Shown: in pieces, positions 20,932 through 32,600 of the stretch
Position numbering within the stretch: position 1 is the stretch's first letter
Layout of the letters: each line of letters starts with the position of its first letter
Assembly (NCBI GenBank): GCA_964187785.1
Contig: OZ076409.1
Coordinates: 2,046,001-2,110,000 of the forward strand
DNA from: Amphiscolops sp. MND2022
Lineage: Eukaryota
Length of the DNA: 64,000 nucleotides
Direction: 5' to 3'
Notes under the pieces: generated by a model
The model's input: only the letters and a program-made list of their open reading frames with translations
Told to the model about the DNA's origin: nothing
Databases searched by the model: none
Made by a program: the position numbers and the translations under genes

Positions 20932-23444
20932 TGTCACAGCCCGCTCCCGGTCTGGCTTGTGGTTGCAGACGACTGAAGATCGGGAGAGGTCACGGAGGCA
21001 ATCTGAGATTCCCCAGATCTTACTTCAACTGGTAACTTTAAAACCTTACCCTTAGAATAAACTGTGACTAAGAGCACGAAAACAAACGTCCAACTCACGA
21101 AAAGTTTAAACAAAAATGAGAACTGAAATCAAAATTGAAATAAGATGATTTCACGCACATCCGGTAGGACGTCCTTAGTGCGTCAAAATAGAAACATTCG
21201 CCACCTGAAAATTAAATTAAAACTCGCAGTGAAATAAAGACCATAGACCGATCTAAATAGAAATATACCCAAAACCACCGTTGAAAAAAGGACATTATCT
21301 GAATCTAAAATAGAAACTACATTGAGATGACAGCTTGAGTTATTCACTCCTTTTCTAAGAAAGGCAGCTTAATTGCACTTTGAACAGCAATTAGTGCGGA
21401 TTAGGACGTCGGTACTGCGCTAAGTAAACAAAATAAAGGATACATGTATATTAGATGTCGGTAAGAAGCAGACTTGAAAGTATATAGCGTGACGTCACCG
21501 TTTCGTCCACGCTCACTAGAGAACCATTCCAATTTACCGCCTATATTAGAGACACTACTTGAAATCATTCCAATTTTCCGCCATAGTGACGTCACGGTAT
21601 TGCCTTTCTCGGCGAGGACTAATTCTACTTCAAATTTACGTCCGCGTTACGTCCACTATGTTGGACCAGGCCTAATACTAATACGTACGTCCACGGTACG
21701 TCCAAATTCCATCAAGACGAGTTGTTTTAATCCACCCAGAAGTTATGATGAATATCAATCAAATTAAATTAGTGCTAGGAATGCGTTTAAAGTATTTGGT
21801 GTTCCAACAAAATAATTAAAAGGGAATTTGAAGTCCTATGCCACGTTTTCGTCAAATATTTCCTTTGCCGGATAAATTTTACTCCAAAATTTAAGTTGAA
21901 ATGGAAGTCCCAGTATAATGTAGGTGAAAGTCACAGTTTATGGGCATGACGAAAGTAAATCGATGATATTTTCATATTGGAATTATATTTTCATACATTT
22001 GTACTTTTGTACTGCATAAAGTGCGTGCTACAACCTTGTTGTTTAATTGGACGTCGGTACGTCGTCACCCCCTAATCAGAATGTGCATTATTTTAACCCT
22101 AATGTGCATGAATTAAGAGTAAATGTTTGTATTACATTTGTGCGTTCTGTAGTGAATGGAATCTGGTGTTAGAAGGTTTTGAACTCTTGCTTGTTCAGAG
22201 ATTCCATGAAGTGCCGTCCTCATACCGTCAGATGTTTTTGTTCAAGATTACTATTTCATGTACAAGTTAAAATCTGTTGACAGAGTATTATGCATATTTA
22301 CCAAATAAGCGCTAAAATGATATTAGACGCTATTTGTAAGTGAAGTATTAATAAATTTGGACAAAAGTCTGAATTAGACAACCTAGTCCATCAATCCACC
22401 AAACGTCAATGTGTCGTTGCTTTATTTTGTTAATCGTTAATCATTTAATTTGAAACTAATTTGAGATTGTTGCTAATTCTTTGAGCTTGTTTCTCCTTCC
22501 TCTTTAGCATCATTGGAAATTATAGGGCTGAAAACATTAGTCATAGCATTTTTCTCGAGCAAAATATCAAAATTCAGGCATTAGTTGTTCATGCCGGTGT
22601 CATCTCAGCGTCAATTTCCCGCGAACCAAAGCAGTAAAACAGGGAATCATTTCCGGTTTGACAGACTGAAGTAATATCTACTTCCTGCTTGGGAGGAAAC
22701 AAAAGGACGCCGAGCTGAAATAATATGATTACGGTTGATGACTAATGCTAGATTAGGTTTGCCGTGTCTTAAAATTTGACGGAATGTCAGCGCAAATTTG
22801 GGAACTTCGTGATTTTTTCATCGATAAAACAGGAAATGACTAATTGTTCGAAGGAAATTAGGGATTATGATCGTGATCAAATGATGCTAGGAGGGTATAA
22901 ATATGATAGGATTTGATGATTGAGGGACTCAGTCCTTAGTAATTGTACAATTCAGTCGAATTCTCAATTTCACTCTCACCTTATTCTACTTTTGTCAGAA
23001 AATATTTGAAAGAAATTCAATTCTTCAAATCCAAACTTTTCTACAAAATGTCTACAACAAGAAGCCAAAAAAGAAGAAATGATCAGCAAAGCACCAGTGA
23101 GAACGTAAGTGAAGGCTTGATTTCACCTATAGTGGTAGGAAATCCTTGTCCTTTGAACCAGGACGATGAGGTAGCGGGGCCTTCCAATCCAAAATCCCCC
23201 CGGATTGAGAATAGTCTCTTAGAAAGTTTGAGAGCCTCTTTGAAGGAAGAAATAACATCGGAAATTAAGAATCTTCTTATCGAATCCCAGAAGGAGATGT
23301 TAAAACTCTTGAAACCTGAAACAAGGGGAATCATTAGGGAAAATACCGAGGAAGAAGTAGAAGAGGAGACTAGAAACTTTTATACTCCCACAAAATCAGT
23401 GAGAATAAGTTCTACTCAAAACGACCCCATAATATGTCGTAACA
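20932..23444 (+). repeat. 5' LTR of element B (2513 bp)
   Basis: tgtcacagcc...gtcgtaaca, matching 34694-37206 with about 8 substitutions counted by eye. Confidence 0.97.
22896..22934 (+). promoter_or_regulatory. Putative LTR core promoter (TATA and Inr)
   Basis: TATAAA at 22896-22901 and TCAGTC at 22929-22934, about 115 nt upstream of the gag ATG. Confidence 0.55.
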
Positions 23445-24487
23445 TGGTGACAGGAGTCCTAACCGATTCCACAAACCAGCCGAAAAGAACGAAAGCCAGG
23501 TCTCAGAGCCAACCGCCGTCAAAAGAACGTCCAGTAGCAGCAAGGACCTTATTTGCAACAGATAAAAATGATGGCACTACTCTGCCCATGCCAAAAGCAC
23601 TCACGGCGTCACTCCCGACCTTCGATGGAAAGTCGGAAAAATTCGAGCTTTTCGAAGACCTTTTTCGCAATAATATCAAAATGTATCCACACCTTACGGA
23701 AATCCAAAAAATAAACTATTTCCACTCCCTCCTCAGAGGAGATGCCTTACAAGCATTTTGTAATATCGAAGACACGAAAAAGGATTCCCTTGATGAGATC
23801 ATGACGATTTTCAAGCGACGTTTCGGAGACTATTTGTCTATGGCCAAGGCAAGATGCGAATGGGATGAGCTCAAATTCGATCCCTCGAACCAAAAACTCC
23901 ACGAATTTCTAGATGTACTGCAAAAAACAGCCAAAGAAGCTTTTGGCTCTGAAGCCCAACAATTTATTGATAAGGCGATCTATGCAAAAATGCCAGACCA
24001 TGTAAAGAAAATATTAAATAGAGCGTACCTTGAAGACAAACCCTACAATGACATCGTACTGCATCTAGAAAGGGAAATGAGACTTAACGGCCTTGGGGCG
24101 CCAGATGAAGTAAACCTGGTACCACTAAACAAAGTAGAACCGGCCCCACCAAACACTGAGTCCAAACAAGCCGACAACACAACGCAAAACACCAAGAAAG
24201 GGTATTGTTTCTACTGCAACAAATTTGGACACTACAAAGCGGAGTGTAGGAAAATGAAAAGAGATAAATGGATGCAAACCAAGAAAAACAATGGCCAAAC
24301 CGGCAACAGTTCAGGAAAACCACTTAAATGCGATACCTGTGGAAAACCCCACAAAACAGAAAACTGTTGGAACGGAGCTAACTCGGCAAACGACCCGAGA
24401 CCTAAACGACATCACCAACAAGAAAGGAAACAAGATAACTCTGCACAACAGCTGACAAATCAAGACGCAGATGAATCAAAAAACTAG
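23048..24487 (+). CDS. gag: Gag (479 aa from the first ATG) with two CCHC zinc knuckles
   Basis: LPTFDGKSEKF capsid-like motif; knuckles CFYCNKFGHYKAEC and CDTCGKPHKTENC. The start codon lies inside the LTR. Confidence 0.93.
   Translation: MSTTRSQKRRNDQQSTSENVSEGLISPIVVGNPCPLNQDDEVAGPSNPKSPRIENSLLESLRASLKEEITSEIKNLLIESQKEMLKLLKPETRGIIRENTEEEVEEETRNFYTPTKSVRISSTQNDPIICRNMVTGVLTDSTNQPKRTKARSQSQPPSKERPVAARTLFATDKNDGTTLPMPKALTASLPTFDGKSEKFELFEDLFRNNIKMYPHLTEIQKINYFHSLLRGDALQAFCNIEDTKKDSLDEIMTIFKRRFGDYLSMAKARCEWDELKFDPSNQKLHEFLDVLQKTAKEAFGSEAQQFIDKAIYAKMPDHVKKILNRAYLEDKPYNDIVLHLEREMRLNGLGAPDEVNLVPLNKVEPAPPNTESKQADNTTQNTKKGYCFYCNKFGHYKAECRKMKRDKWMQTKKNNGQTGNSSGKPLKCDTCGKPHKTENCWNGANSANDPRPKRHHQQERKQDNSAQQLTNQDADESKN
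23445..23457 (+). other. Primer binding site, probably tRNA-Leu
   Basis: TGGTGACAGGAGT immediately follows the LTR end. It matches 12/13 to the complement of the typical animal tRNA-Leu(CAG) 3' end as recalled (TGGTGTCAGGAGT). Confidence 0.65.
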
Positions 24488-24533
24488 ATACGCCGCGCCT
24501 GCGATTCGGGGAAACCGTAGCCGCGAGGGCGTA
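24478..24533 (+). other. -1 ribosomal frameshift signal
   Basis: A AAA AAC slippery heptamer (24478-24484) precedes the gag TAG, followed by a hairpin closed by tacgcc/ggcgta (24489-24533). The -1 frame is open into pol. Confidence 0.88.
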
Positions 24534-27500
24534 CTCATCAACAGATCCCCCCATCACCTATACAAACGACTCAACAGAAGGGTGTGACGACACACCAACG
24601 GTAGATCGGCTAAGACGACAAGCACTTGCTTCTATAAAAAGACCCTATCCACAAACTGAACCAGCAGAAACCTACACTCACGACAAAGACTACAGGGACA
24701 ATCCTAAACAACAAGCAAATCGTCCCACCAGCTTACCCCCCATCAATAGAGAATTCTCTGCTACAAACCAGGTAGAACAAAATGAAAGCGCCTCCGACGA
24801 CCGCCCAGCGTCACAACAAAACGAAGGAGATAACCACGACTCCACCAAAACACTTCTACCCCCAGACAATTTTCCCATGTCACTTAACTCAATCAAGGAA
24901 TACGTAGCCGAAAAGGATGGAGAAGCATATATACCTCTCCACTCCACTATAGTCCTCAAGAGCAGAAGGAGAAAGCTGTACTTGCCACTAGAATTCGGTG
25001 AAATAACAATGGACGGACTTGTCGACTCAGGTGCGTTCATCAATGCCATGTCCTGGTCAGACTACAACGCAATCAAAATGAACAGTGATAGTTGTGTCAT
25101 AAAAGAATACCCTCAACCTCCCTTCAAGATTGAATGCGCAAACGCACAACTAGAACAACCAATAGCAACAGCGGACATCCAGTTCAATATTGGAACATAT
25201 ACCTTCACGGATACCTTCGTCATCCTATCGAAAACATCATTCCCCATCATAGGACTGAACTTCATGAGAAATCACCAAGCAGTAATCGACACTGCCAACG
25301 GAACCATCAATTTCCCGCACGTCGAAATGACGCTAGCCATGACGGACGAGATGAAAAAATGCAACCCGAAACCGCTCCAAATAATGGCGGAAGGAAATCA
25401 AACACTACCGCCCCAACAAACAACAACAGTGAACGCAATAGTAATAACCACAAACATGCATGACGTCACTGGTGCGGTACAACCACTACCACAATTTGAT
25501 GAAACAGCAACAATCATTGTTGCACCAGCTCTGGCGACAGCCCATAACAAAAGGCTCAACATCAGAATCGCCAATCTAACGGATTTCCCACATACAATAA
25601 AGAATCACACAAAACTGGCAGAACTACAAATCCTCAAACCTGAGGACACGAAACAAATCCGACCAGTTGACGCCGCCGCACTCAAATTGTTAGAAGACCC
25701 CGATGACACACACATGTACATCAACGAACTTATGAAATCAAATGAACACGAACAAAACGATGAAAACCTCTGGTTCCCCACACCCGAGAACCCAGGGAAC
25801 GAAGAGGAACATACGCCAATCCAACGTCGGATCTTGAAGGAAATCCGTGAACTCATCCAAAAGGAAAACTTGGATCCAACCAAAGACCCAGAATCAAGAC
25901 AAAAATTCCTTGACATGTTCCAGTGGGAAGGATCCCAAATCGAAGGTAATGATAGAGAACAACTCGAGCAAACAATAGTCGAATACAATGACATCTTTGC
26001 CCGCCATCGCCTTGACATCGGAATCAACAATAGCTTCAAAGTCAAATTAACTCCGAAAGACGACCGTCCTATTTACACGCAAAGTTTGCCGGTACCAATC
26101 AATTTGAAAGAAGACCTAACAGTCGAATTGGCGCTAATGCACAGGTACGGCATAATAACGACCCTACCATTTTCAAAGTATGCAAGCCCAATTTTCGCAC
26201 AGAGGAAACCAAATGGCAAATTGCGTCTACTTGTCGACCTGCGAAAAATAAACGCATTAATTTCAGACGATTACATCAACAATAACCACCCAGTCAGCAC
26301 CCTGTCAGATGCAGCCCAACATCTAGCTGGGAAAAAATTGTTTTGCAAACTAGACTGCTCACAGGCATATCATTGCCTACAGATGGCAGACCAAAGATCA
26401 ATCGAAATGCTAGCCTTCAACTTTGCAAGCAGAACGTTCGCATACAAACGCCTAGCACAAGGATTGAGCAGAGCCCTGTCGGCATTTTCAAGCTTCATGC
26501 GAGAATACTTGGATAAGGTAATCAAAGCTGATCAATGCGCACAGTACGTGGACGATATCGGGATAGCGGCCAATTCCGTGGCGCAACTGATACGCAACAT
26601 TCGAGCAGTTTTTGAATGCATCAGAAGGGCAGGACTCAAATTAACCATCGAAAAATGCCATTTCGGAGTAACCGAAGTCGAATTTCTTGGAAGAACGATC
26701 ACACCACAAGGAATCGCCCCGCAAGACCATAAAATCCAAAAATTCCTAGCAAACGTGAGATTTCCAAAATCCAAGAAACAAGTACAAAGATACATCGGTT
26801 TCGTCAATTATTATCGCAACTACATCCCGAGATTGTCTGAGAAATTGCTCGGATTCTATGAACTACTGAAAGCAGACAAGCAAATCAAGGTCACAGAAGA
26901 ACTACTTGACCATTACAAAGCTATCAACGCAGCATTGGCACAAGCTTGCGGCTTAGCACTCAAACAACCAATCACGGGACGACAGTACGTCCTAATGACG
27001 GACGCCAGCTTCCGAGCCTCTGGCTACGCCCTAATGATTGAGGAAGACAACGACAAAAACCTCAATTCGAAAAAGAAGACATTTGCACCAGTCGCATTCG
27101 GATCAAAGGTGTTCTCCCCGGCTCAAATCAAAATGTCAATTTACTGCAAGGAATTCCTAGCGATCTATCACGCCTTCCTTGAATACAGCCATATTCTATG
27201 GGAAACAACCCTACCAACCCTCGTGATGACCGACAACAGATCGGTAACCCGTTTCTTCCAAACAAAAGCAATCCCGCCCACTCTGTGGAACGCATGTGAT
27301 TACGTACTACAATTCAACTTCCACATAATGCACGTCGCGGGTACGCAAAACACGGCAGCCGATTTTTTGTCAAGAATAGATCTCAATCCCAAAGAAAGAG
27401 TTGAACTAAAAATCAGAGAGGATATTACTATCAAGCCCATTCAAGTGAATCTCCAATCAACGGACGTCGCAGACGAGGAACAACTTTTCTTCCTCCCAGA

Positions 27501-29043
27501 TGAAACAATTGAAACGGAAGAAGAAATTCTACTGCAGAAAGAGCAAGCTAGACAAAATGCACGCGACGAGGAGACGACAAAAATCAAAATAGCCATCAAA
27601 GAAACCACACCAATCCCAATAAACAAGGCATCTTATACCTTTGGGGCAATAAAGGAAGATGCACGTATTAGAGTCGAGCAAGACTCGAATTTGGTTTTCA
27701 AAGCAATCAAAAAGAAGTTGATATGTGAAGAATACGACAAACACCTTCTACAGACTGATCCGACTGCCAAGCGCCTCCTAATCCACGAAAACAGACTAAT
27801 AGTAAAAGATGGAGTACTAATGCGCAAATATTACGGGGAATGTGGTCAAGTCACTCACCATCAAATTCTAATCCCCGAACATTTAATCACAGAACTCTTG
27901 AAAGCAATTCATGGACAAATGGGGAAGCATCCAGGAATCACAAAAATGATACAAGAATGCCGATCAAAATACTACTACCCAGGATTAGCACAGAAGATTA
28001 GACAGTGGGTAATGCAATGTGAAGAATGCATCAAATACAAACGAATCAACAACAGCCAAATCCGACCAAAAATGATCAACAATACGGAACATGTCTTAGG
28101 ACCAGAAGATATCCTAGAAATAGACATATTGCCGAATTTACCAAACTCTGCGGGATACCAAAACATTGTCACGATGATTGATGTCTTTTCGCGTTATTTA
28201 TTTGCATATCCAACGCAGAATGTCACAGCGAAAACAATCGGACGATGCATTGTCGACGTTATGACAAGACATGCATACTTGCCAACACTAATCCTATCAG
28301 ACAAGGGCTCACAATTTCGATCAGAAGTCGTCACAGAAATAGCCCAAATACTCGAAATTCAAATCAGCCACGCATCTACGAAGCATGCACAAACAATCGG
28401 AATTCTGGAAAGAACGCACGCTTCAATCAAAACTGCCCTAAAAATATCAACGGGTGAACGACGCTCAATGTGGCACAAATATGTCCAAATCGCAGTAATG
28501 AATTACAATACAACATACCATGAAACTCTGGGCTGCGAACCATCTACAGTATTTCATGGACGTATACCTTACAACGTTCTCGATTTAAAATTAGGCATCA
28601 AGCCAAAGTGGAAAACCACCCCCCACTCGGATATAGCAGAACAACTCCAAAAACAAATAGACGAAGTGGGGGCGACGGCGAAAGACAACATCATGCTGTC
28701 CTATCTCAAATACAAAAAATACTACGACCGCAAAGCGACCGCAGCTCCCTTAAAAATCAATGACTACTGCTACATACTTAACCCGAAAGCCGACAATCAA
28801 TCGACAAAGTTTGCGTTTCAAGATTGCATCTGGACAGGACCGTATGTAGTGATCAAAGTGCTTTCGAACAACAACTACACAATACGAAAACTTGGCACAA
28901 GATATACACAAACACTACACAGAATTCGCATACGACCTTATGTGACGGAACAACGCTTGCCCGACGTCACAGTACGAGCCAATGATTACCTTCCTGACCC
29001 AGAAGTTAAAGTCTCACACAATGAATGGTATGCGGTATCATAG
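24484..29043 (+). CDS. pol: Pol: protease, reverse transcriptase, RNase H, integrase
   Basis: LVDSGA, YVDD, TDAS..., H-H-CEEC, IDIL/SDKGSQF/LERTH and WTGPYVV motifs. The frame is open from 24484. Confidence 0.97.
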   Translation, partial: LDTPRLRFGETVAARAYSSTDPPITYTNDSTEGCDDTPTVDRLRRQALASIKRPYPQTEPAETYTHDKDYRDNPKQQANRPTSLPPINREFSATNQVEQNESASDDRPASQQNEGDNHDSTKTLLPPDNFPMSLNSIKEYVAEKDGEAYIPLHSTIVLKSRRRKLYLPLEFGEITMDGLVDSGAFINAMSWSDYNAIKMNSDSCVIKEYPQPPFKIECANAQLEQPIATADIQFNIGTYTFTDTFVILSKTSFPIIGLNFMRNHQAVIDTANGTINFPHVEMTLAMTDEMKKCNPKPLQIMAEGNQTLPPQQTTTVNAIVITTNMHDVTGAVQPLPQFDETATIIVAPALATAHNKRLNIRIANLTDFPHTIKNHTKLAELQILKPEDTKQIRPVDAAALKLLEDPDDTHMYINELMKSNEHEQNDENLWFPTPENPGNEEEHTPIQRRILKEIRELIQKENLDPTKDPESRQKFLDMFQWEGSQIEGNDREQLEQTIVEYNDIFARHRLDIGINNSFKVKLTPKDDRPIYTQSLPVPINLKEDLTVELALMHRYGIITTLPFSKYASPIFAQRKPNGKLRLLVDLRKINALISDDYINNNHPVSTLSDAAQHLAGKKLFCKLDCSQAYHCLQMADQRSIEMLAFNFASRTFAYKRLAQGLSRALSAFSSFMREYLDKVIKADQCAQYVDDIGIAANSVAQLIRNIRAVFECIRRAGLKLTIEKCHFGVTEVEFLGRTITPQGIAPQDHKIQKFLANVRFPKSKKQVQRYIGFVNYYRNYIPRLSEKLLGFYELLKADKQIKVTEELLDHYKAINAALAQACGLALKQPITGRQYVLMTDASFRASGYALMIEEDNDKNLNSKKKTFAPVAFGSKVFSPAQIKMSIYCKEFLAIYHAFLEYSHILWETTLPTLVMTDNRSVTRFFQTKAIPPTLWNACDYVLQFNFHIMHVAGTQNTAADFLSRIDLNPKERVELKIREDITIKPIQVNLQSTDVADEEQLFFLPDETIETEEEILLQKEQARQNARDEETTKIKIAIKETTPIPINKASYTFGAIKEDARIRVEQDSNLVFKAIKKKLICEEYDKHLLQTDPTAKRLLIHENRLIVKDGVLMRKYYGECGQVTHHQILIPEHLITELLKAIHGQMGKHPGITKMIQECRSKYYYPGLAQKIRQWVMQCEECIKYKRINNSQIRPKMINNTEHVLGPEDILEIDILPNLPNSAGYQNIVTMIDVFSRYLFAYPTQNVTAKTIGRCIVDVMTRHAYLPTLILSDKGSQFRSEVVTEIAQILEIQISHASTKHAQTIGILERTHASIKTALKISTGERRSMWHKYVQIAVMNYNTTYHETLGCEPSTVFHGRIPYNVLDLKLGIKPKWKTTPHSDIAEQLQKQIDEVGATAKDNIMLSYLKYKKYYDRKATAAPLKINDYCYILNPKADNQSTKFAFQDCIWTGPYVVIKVLSNNNYTIRKLGTRYTQTLHRIRIRPYVTEQRLPDVTVRANDYLPDPEVKVSHNEWYAVS

Positions 29044-29371
29044 GGAAATGGATTTTGGAAAGCAGATTGATGAACACGAATCGCCGGAAAACACAAGAAA
29101 CAACCATAACGTAGAAATACAAGAAATGGCAAATACAGACGCCGCAGCGCCGCCGTCTCCGGATTTTTCAAACCTTACAACAGACGTGGGGGATAACCCA
29201 TACATACGACGCCCCCCACCCATTGAAAGTCCACCTATTCCCCCAAGATCACCGCCTACAGCTGTCGGATACAATCAAAGGAAAATAGCCAAATACAACT
29301 TACGACCTAATCCTAAACCTAATGCGAATCCTGACTTTAGACGACTTGACGCTATTACTACGACTCACTAA
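29044..29371 (+). pseudogene. Pol C-terminal tail detached by an apparent 1-nt insertion
   Basis: TCA T[A]GG GAA ATG would read S-W-E-M-D-F without the extra A. The tail ends with a YNLRP motif typical of integrase tails. Confidence 0.6.
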
Positions 29372-29614
29372 AAGGAAAAAGTCATCATTCAGTGTCCAGA
29401 TCGAACCGACCTGACCAAGTTAATTAGAGGCATACTACGGCCTTTCCTTTTCTCTTGGAATATTGGTTTTTTTTCTGACCCCGCATTTTCTACATATACT
29501 TTTTCTGCTGGGGAGTTTTTATCTGAATTCTATCTATGGCAAATTAAAGATTCAACAATTGGATAACAAAACAACAAAACGCACTACAACAAAAGTTTTC
29601 TTGCAAACGTGTTT

Positions 29615-32600
29615 TCAATTCCTTTTCGACGAAGACGAACTGCCAGACTGTTTCTTTGATCTCTTCTTGCCACCTTTTGATGAAGAAGTGGCACCACCAG
29701 ATGATCCAGAACCTTGCAATGACGGACGCTTGACTGGCGCTGCATCACCTTTTGAAGCGACAGAACTACTACGAGCAGAGTGACCACCAGACGACTCGAA
29801 ACTTCCACCAACACGACTAACGACACGCTGATTAGCAGTCCGGAAACGCTGATAAGAAGCCTCCTTCTTCCGTTCCAAGTGAGCGCTGAACAGCTCCGAA
29901 TAACGTTGCACAAAAGCGACACGATCACTCACACATATACGCGCCCACGGGTCGAAATCAGGAGAAGAGGACATAAACTCGCGAGCACCGGAGATGGCAT
30001 CCCGAATACACTCCATAGTACGAGGAGTGAACAGTGTCTGCACTTTGAAATGAGAGGCACAAACATAACTCTGCACTCCACGCAGGCAGGACGACACCAC
30101 AGACTCTGGCACAACACAGTCCTTCAGCGAGAAAACCACAGCAGGATAAGTACTAGTGGGGCGCCGAATAACTAAATAACAGAGCTTCAAGATTCGACAC
30201 AAACTCTTTCGCGACAAGAAACTGTAGTCTGAAAGCAGATATGTCATCACGTCAGCAATACTCTCGGCACTTCTGTCTGATCCAAGATGTCGCAAACGGG
30301 CGTCCACCACAAACGTAGTAAACTCTTCTGCACCAGCTTTTGCTTCCTCAGGACTCAAGGCTCCGCTTTTCTCCAGAACCTGGACCAACTTGCTAAAGAG
30401 CCGGAAAATGTATCGATCGTCTCCTTCAAGCAGCAACTCAGGGCAGAAACAGTAGGCACCCTGTAGGAAATCCGAGGAGACAAGATTATTCTCTAGGCGG
30501 ACGTCCACCAAGCGGTCCATAAACTCCCGACACCGATTTCGGAACTCTTTTAGCTCACCAGTCGTCCCACGCTGCAATTCCTCTCCAAACTCATAATTCA
30601 GAAGAAAATCAGCAGTATCGATCTTCTTGAAAGCTTTGATTTTCTCGGGATCCATGTAGGCAGCCCAATCGTTCAACTCAGGCAAATCAGCTAATACACG
30701 AGTCCGTGACAAAAGGCAGTACACAAACTGACAGACCTCCATATAGCAATGAAAGCCGTAGTCCAATCGCCCAGATAGCTGTTTTTTGAAAGTACAACGA
30801 TCTAAACAACAAACACAAATTATACCAACCCAAGGCGCCTAACATACGACCACAAGACGACGGTCACTTACAGAGGTCTAACACATGGACCAAGAGCCCC
30901 AATCGTAAGCGGTTCGTGTTGTCGCAATACACCTGACTGTCTGTGCCTCGCATCTAAAACACACCATACAACTGCAATAAAACAGGTTTCTTCTTCACCT
31001 TTTTTCTCGCCCTAAATTCTCCCCTTTTATTCGGAACAGCTAACCACACCCAATCAAACTCAAGCTGAGTAAAAGAAATGGAAAAACAAATACCACAGCA
31101 ATTCTACTAACCATATCAGTCTCAGTTTTGATGTGACGGGGACCAGTGTAGCGAACAAACTCGCGCACAGATTTCCACACTGGTATCAATTCAGCAGCGG
31201 CTTCTCGAAGATCGCAGAAGGACACTCGACCGGCGACGATGCAGCGACGGAGCACGAGAGTATCCTCCAACCAGGGTTCCTGCAGAGCCCCCCTCAGGCG
31301 CAACATCAAATAGTCAAGCATGGAAGTGACCTCCATCATGCCCAACACCTCTTGATGAGCCTGCCGATAGCAACTGATGAACACCTCTTCAGAAAAATGC
31401 CGACTGAGGATGAACTGGTGGCCATCGTCTCGGTTGTCGCTCAACACACGTAGCAAAGAAGGACTAGCCCCTTCTATCGACAAGGGCAGTTGGCCACCGG
31501 GAATGCTACCCAAGACACGAGACAGTGAACCCAATTCCGCTTGCGGGACGCTCTGACCTAGAGGCTGCACATCGACACATACTTCCAGGCAACCGTCTTC
31601 CGCCCATGTCCGCACCAGACAATGCTTGCCATCAACGCGATCCACAAAACTAACGCTGTAACTCTTGAAGTCGGCAATGCGAGCGACCAACAAGCGCAGC
31701 ACTCGAGGAAAGACACCCTGACACAATAGCGACTGAAACATAACAATATCCAGCACTCAAGAATACTATATACCATTTCTCGACGACACCTAGACGACAG
31801 GCAATAAGGGCCACAAACGGAAAAAAAAAGAGAAAAGAAAAAGGAAAAAAAAGAACAGAATCACGCAAAATATCTTACCAAAGACTCCCCGCGGCTCCAA
31901 GTCAGGCTATACAAAGGGTTTTCCGTAGCCAGCGTTGCCCGGAAATGGCCCCACAGTTTCCGCAACAAGAGGTAGTCGCCACCACTTCGCAGCATCTCGA
32001 TGAGGCAATTTACCATTGTCATTAATGGCACACTTGAATCTACGCGCGTGCAAGACGGCAGTAAATCCTCTGGAAAACTGAAACCTTCTGGCTTCTCCTT
32101 ACATGGGCGTGACAGGTACTCTTGCACTTGGGCGTCGCTCAACTCCATCGGGTCCAGCAGCTTGTTGTACACTTTCAAGCCATGATGGACACGATACGTC
32201 ACGTCAAGAGGCCAGTGTTTGTCACTTGAAAAATGACGTGTAAGTTCACGCACCCCCTTCGTCGCAATGGAGACGTCTCGTTGGCAAAGAGTGCAGAAAA
32301 ACGCATTCTCAATCCCCGAACTTGACCCACTAACGAACAGCTCGAACACAGGGTGGTCCTTGACCATACTGCGGCGGAGTCGATTCCGCGAACTTACGAC
32401 CCGTGTCCGTCGTCGAGAAGGGCTAGCCTGTTCGAGACTCGTTTCCACACGTGCCACCAACTCCTCAAACTCTGCAAAAACAATGAAGCACGCAATAAAC
32501 ACAAATGAAAACTCGGACACCCAAAAAACACAACACTATAAAATGGCATGCTCAAAAGGCTTCTTTGTGACAACCAAATACCGCAAATGACAGTAATATT

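Noticed and set aside
22943..23047. Extended gag N-terminus in the ORF track
   Set aside because: It starts at a TTG just after the putative TSS. The first ATG, at 23048, is the more plausible start.
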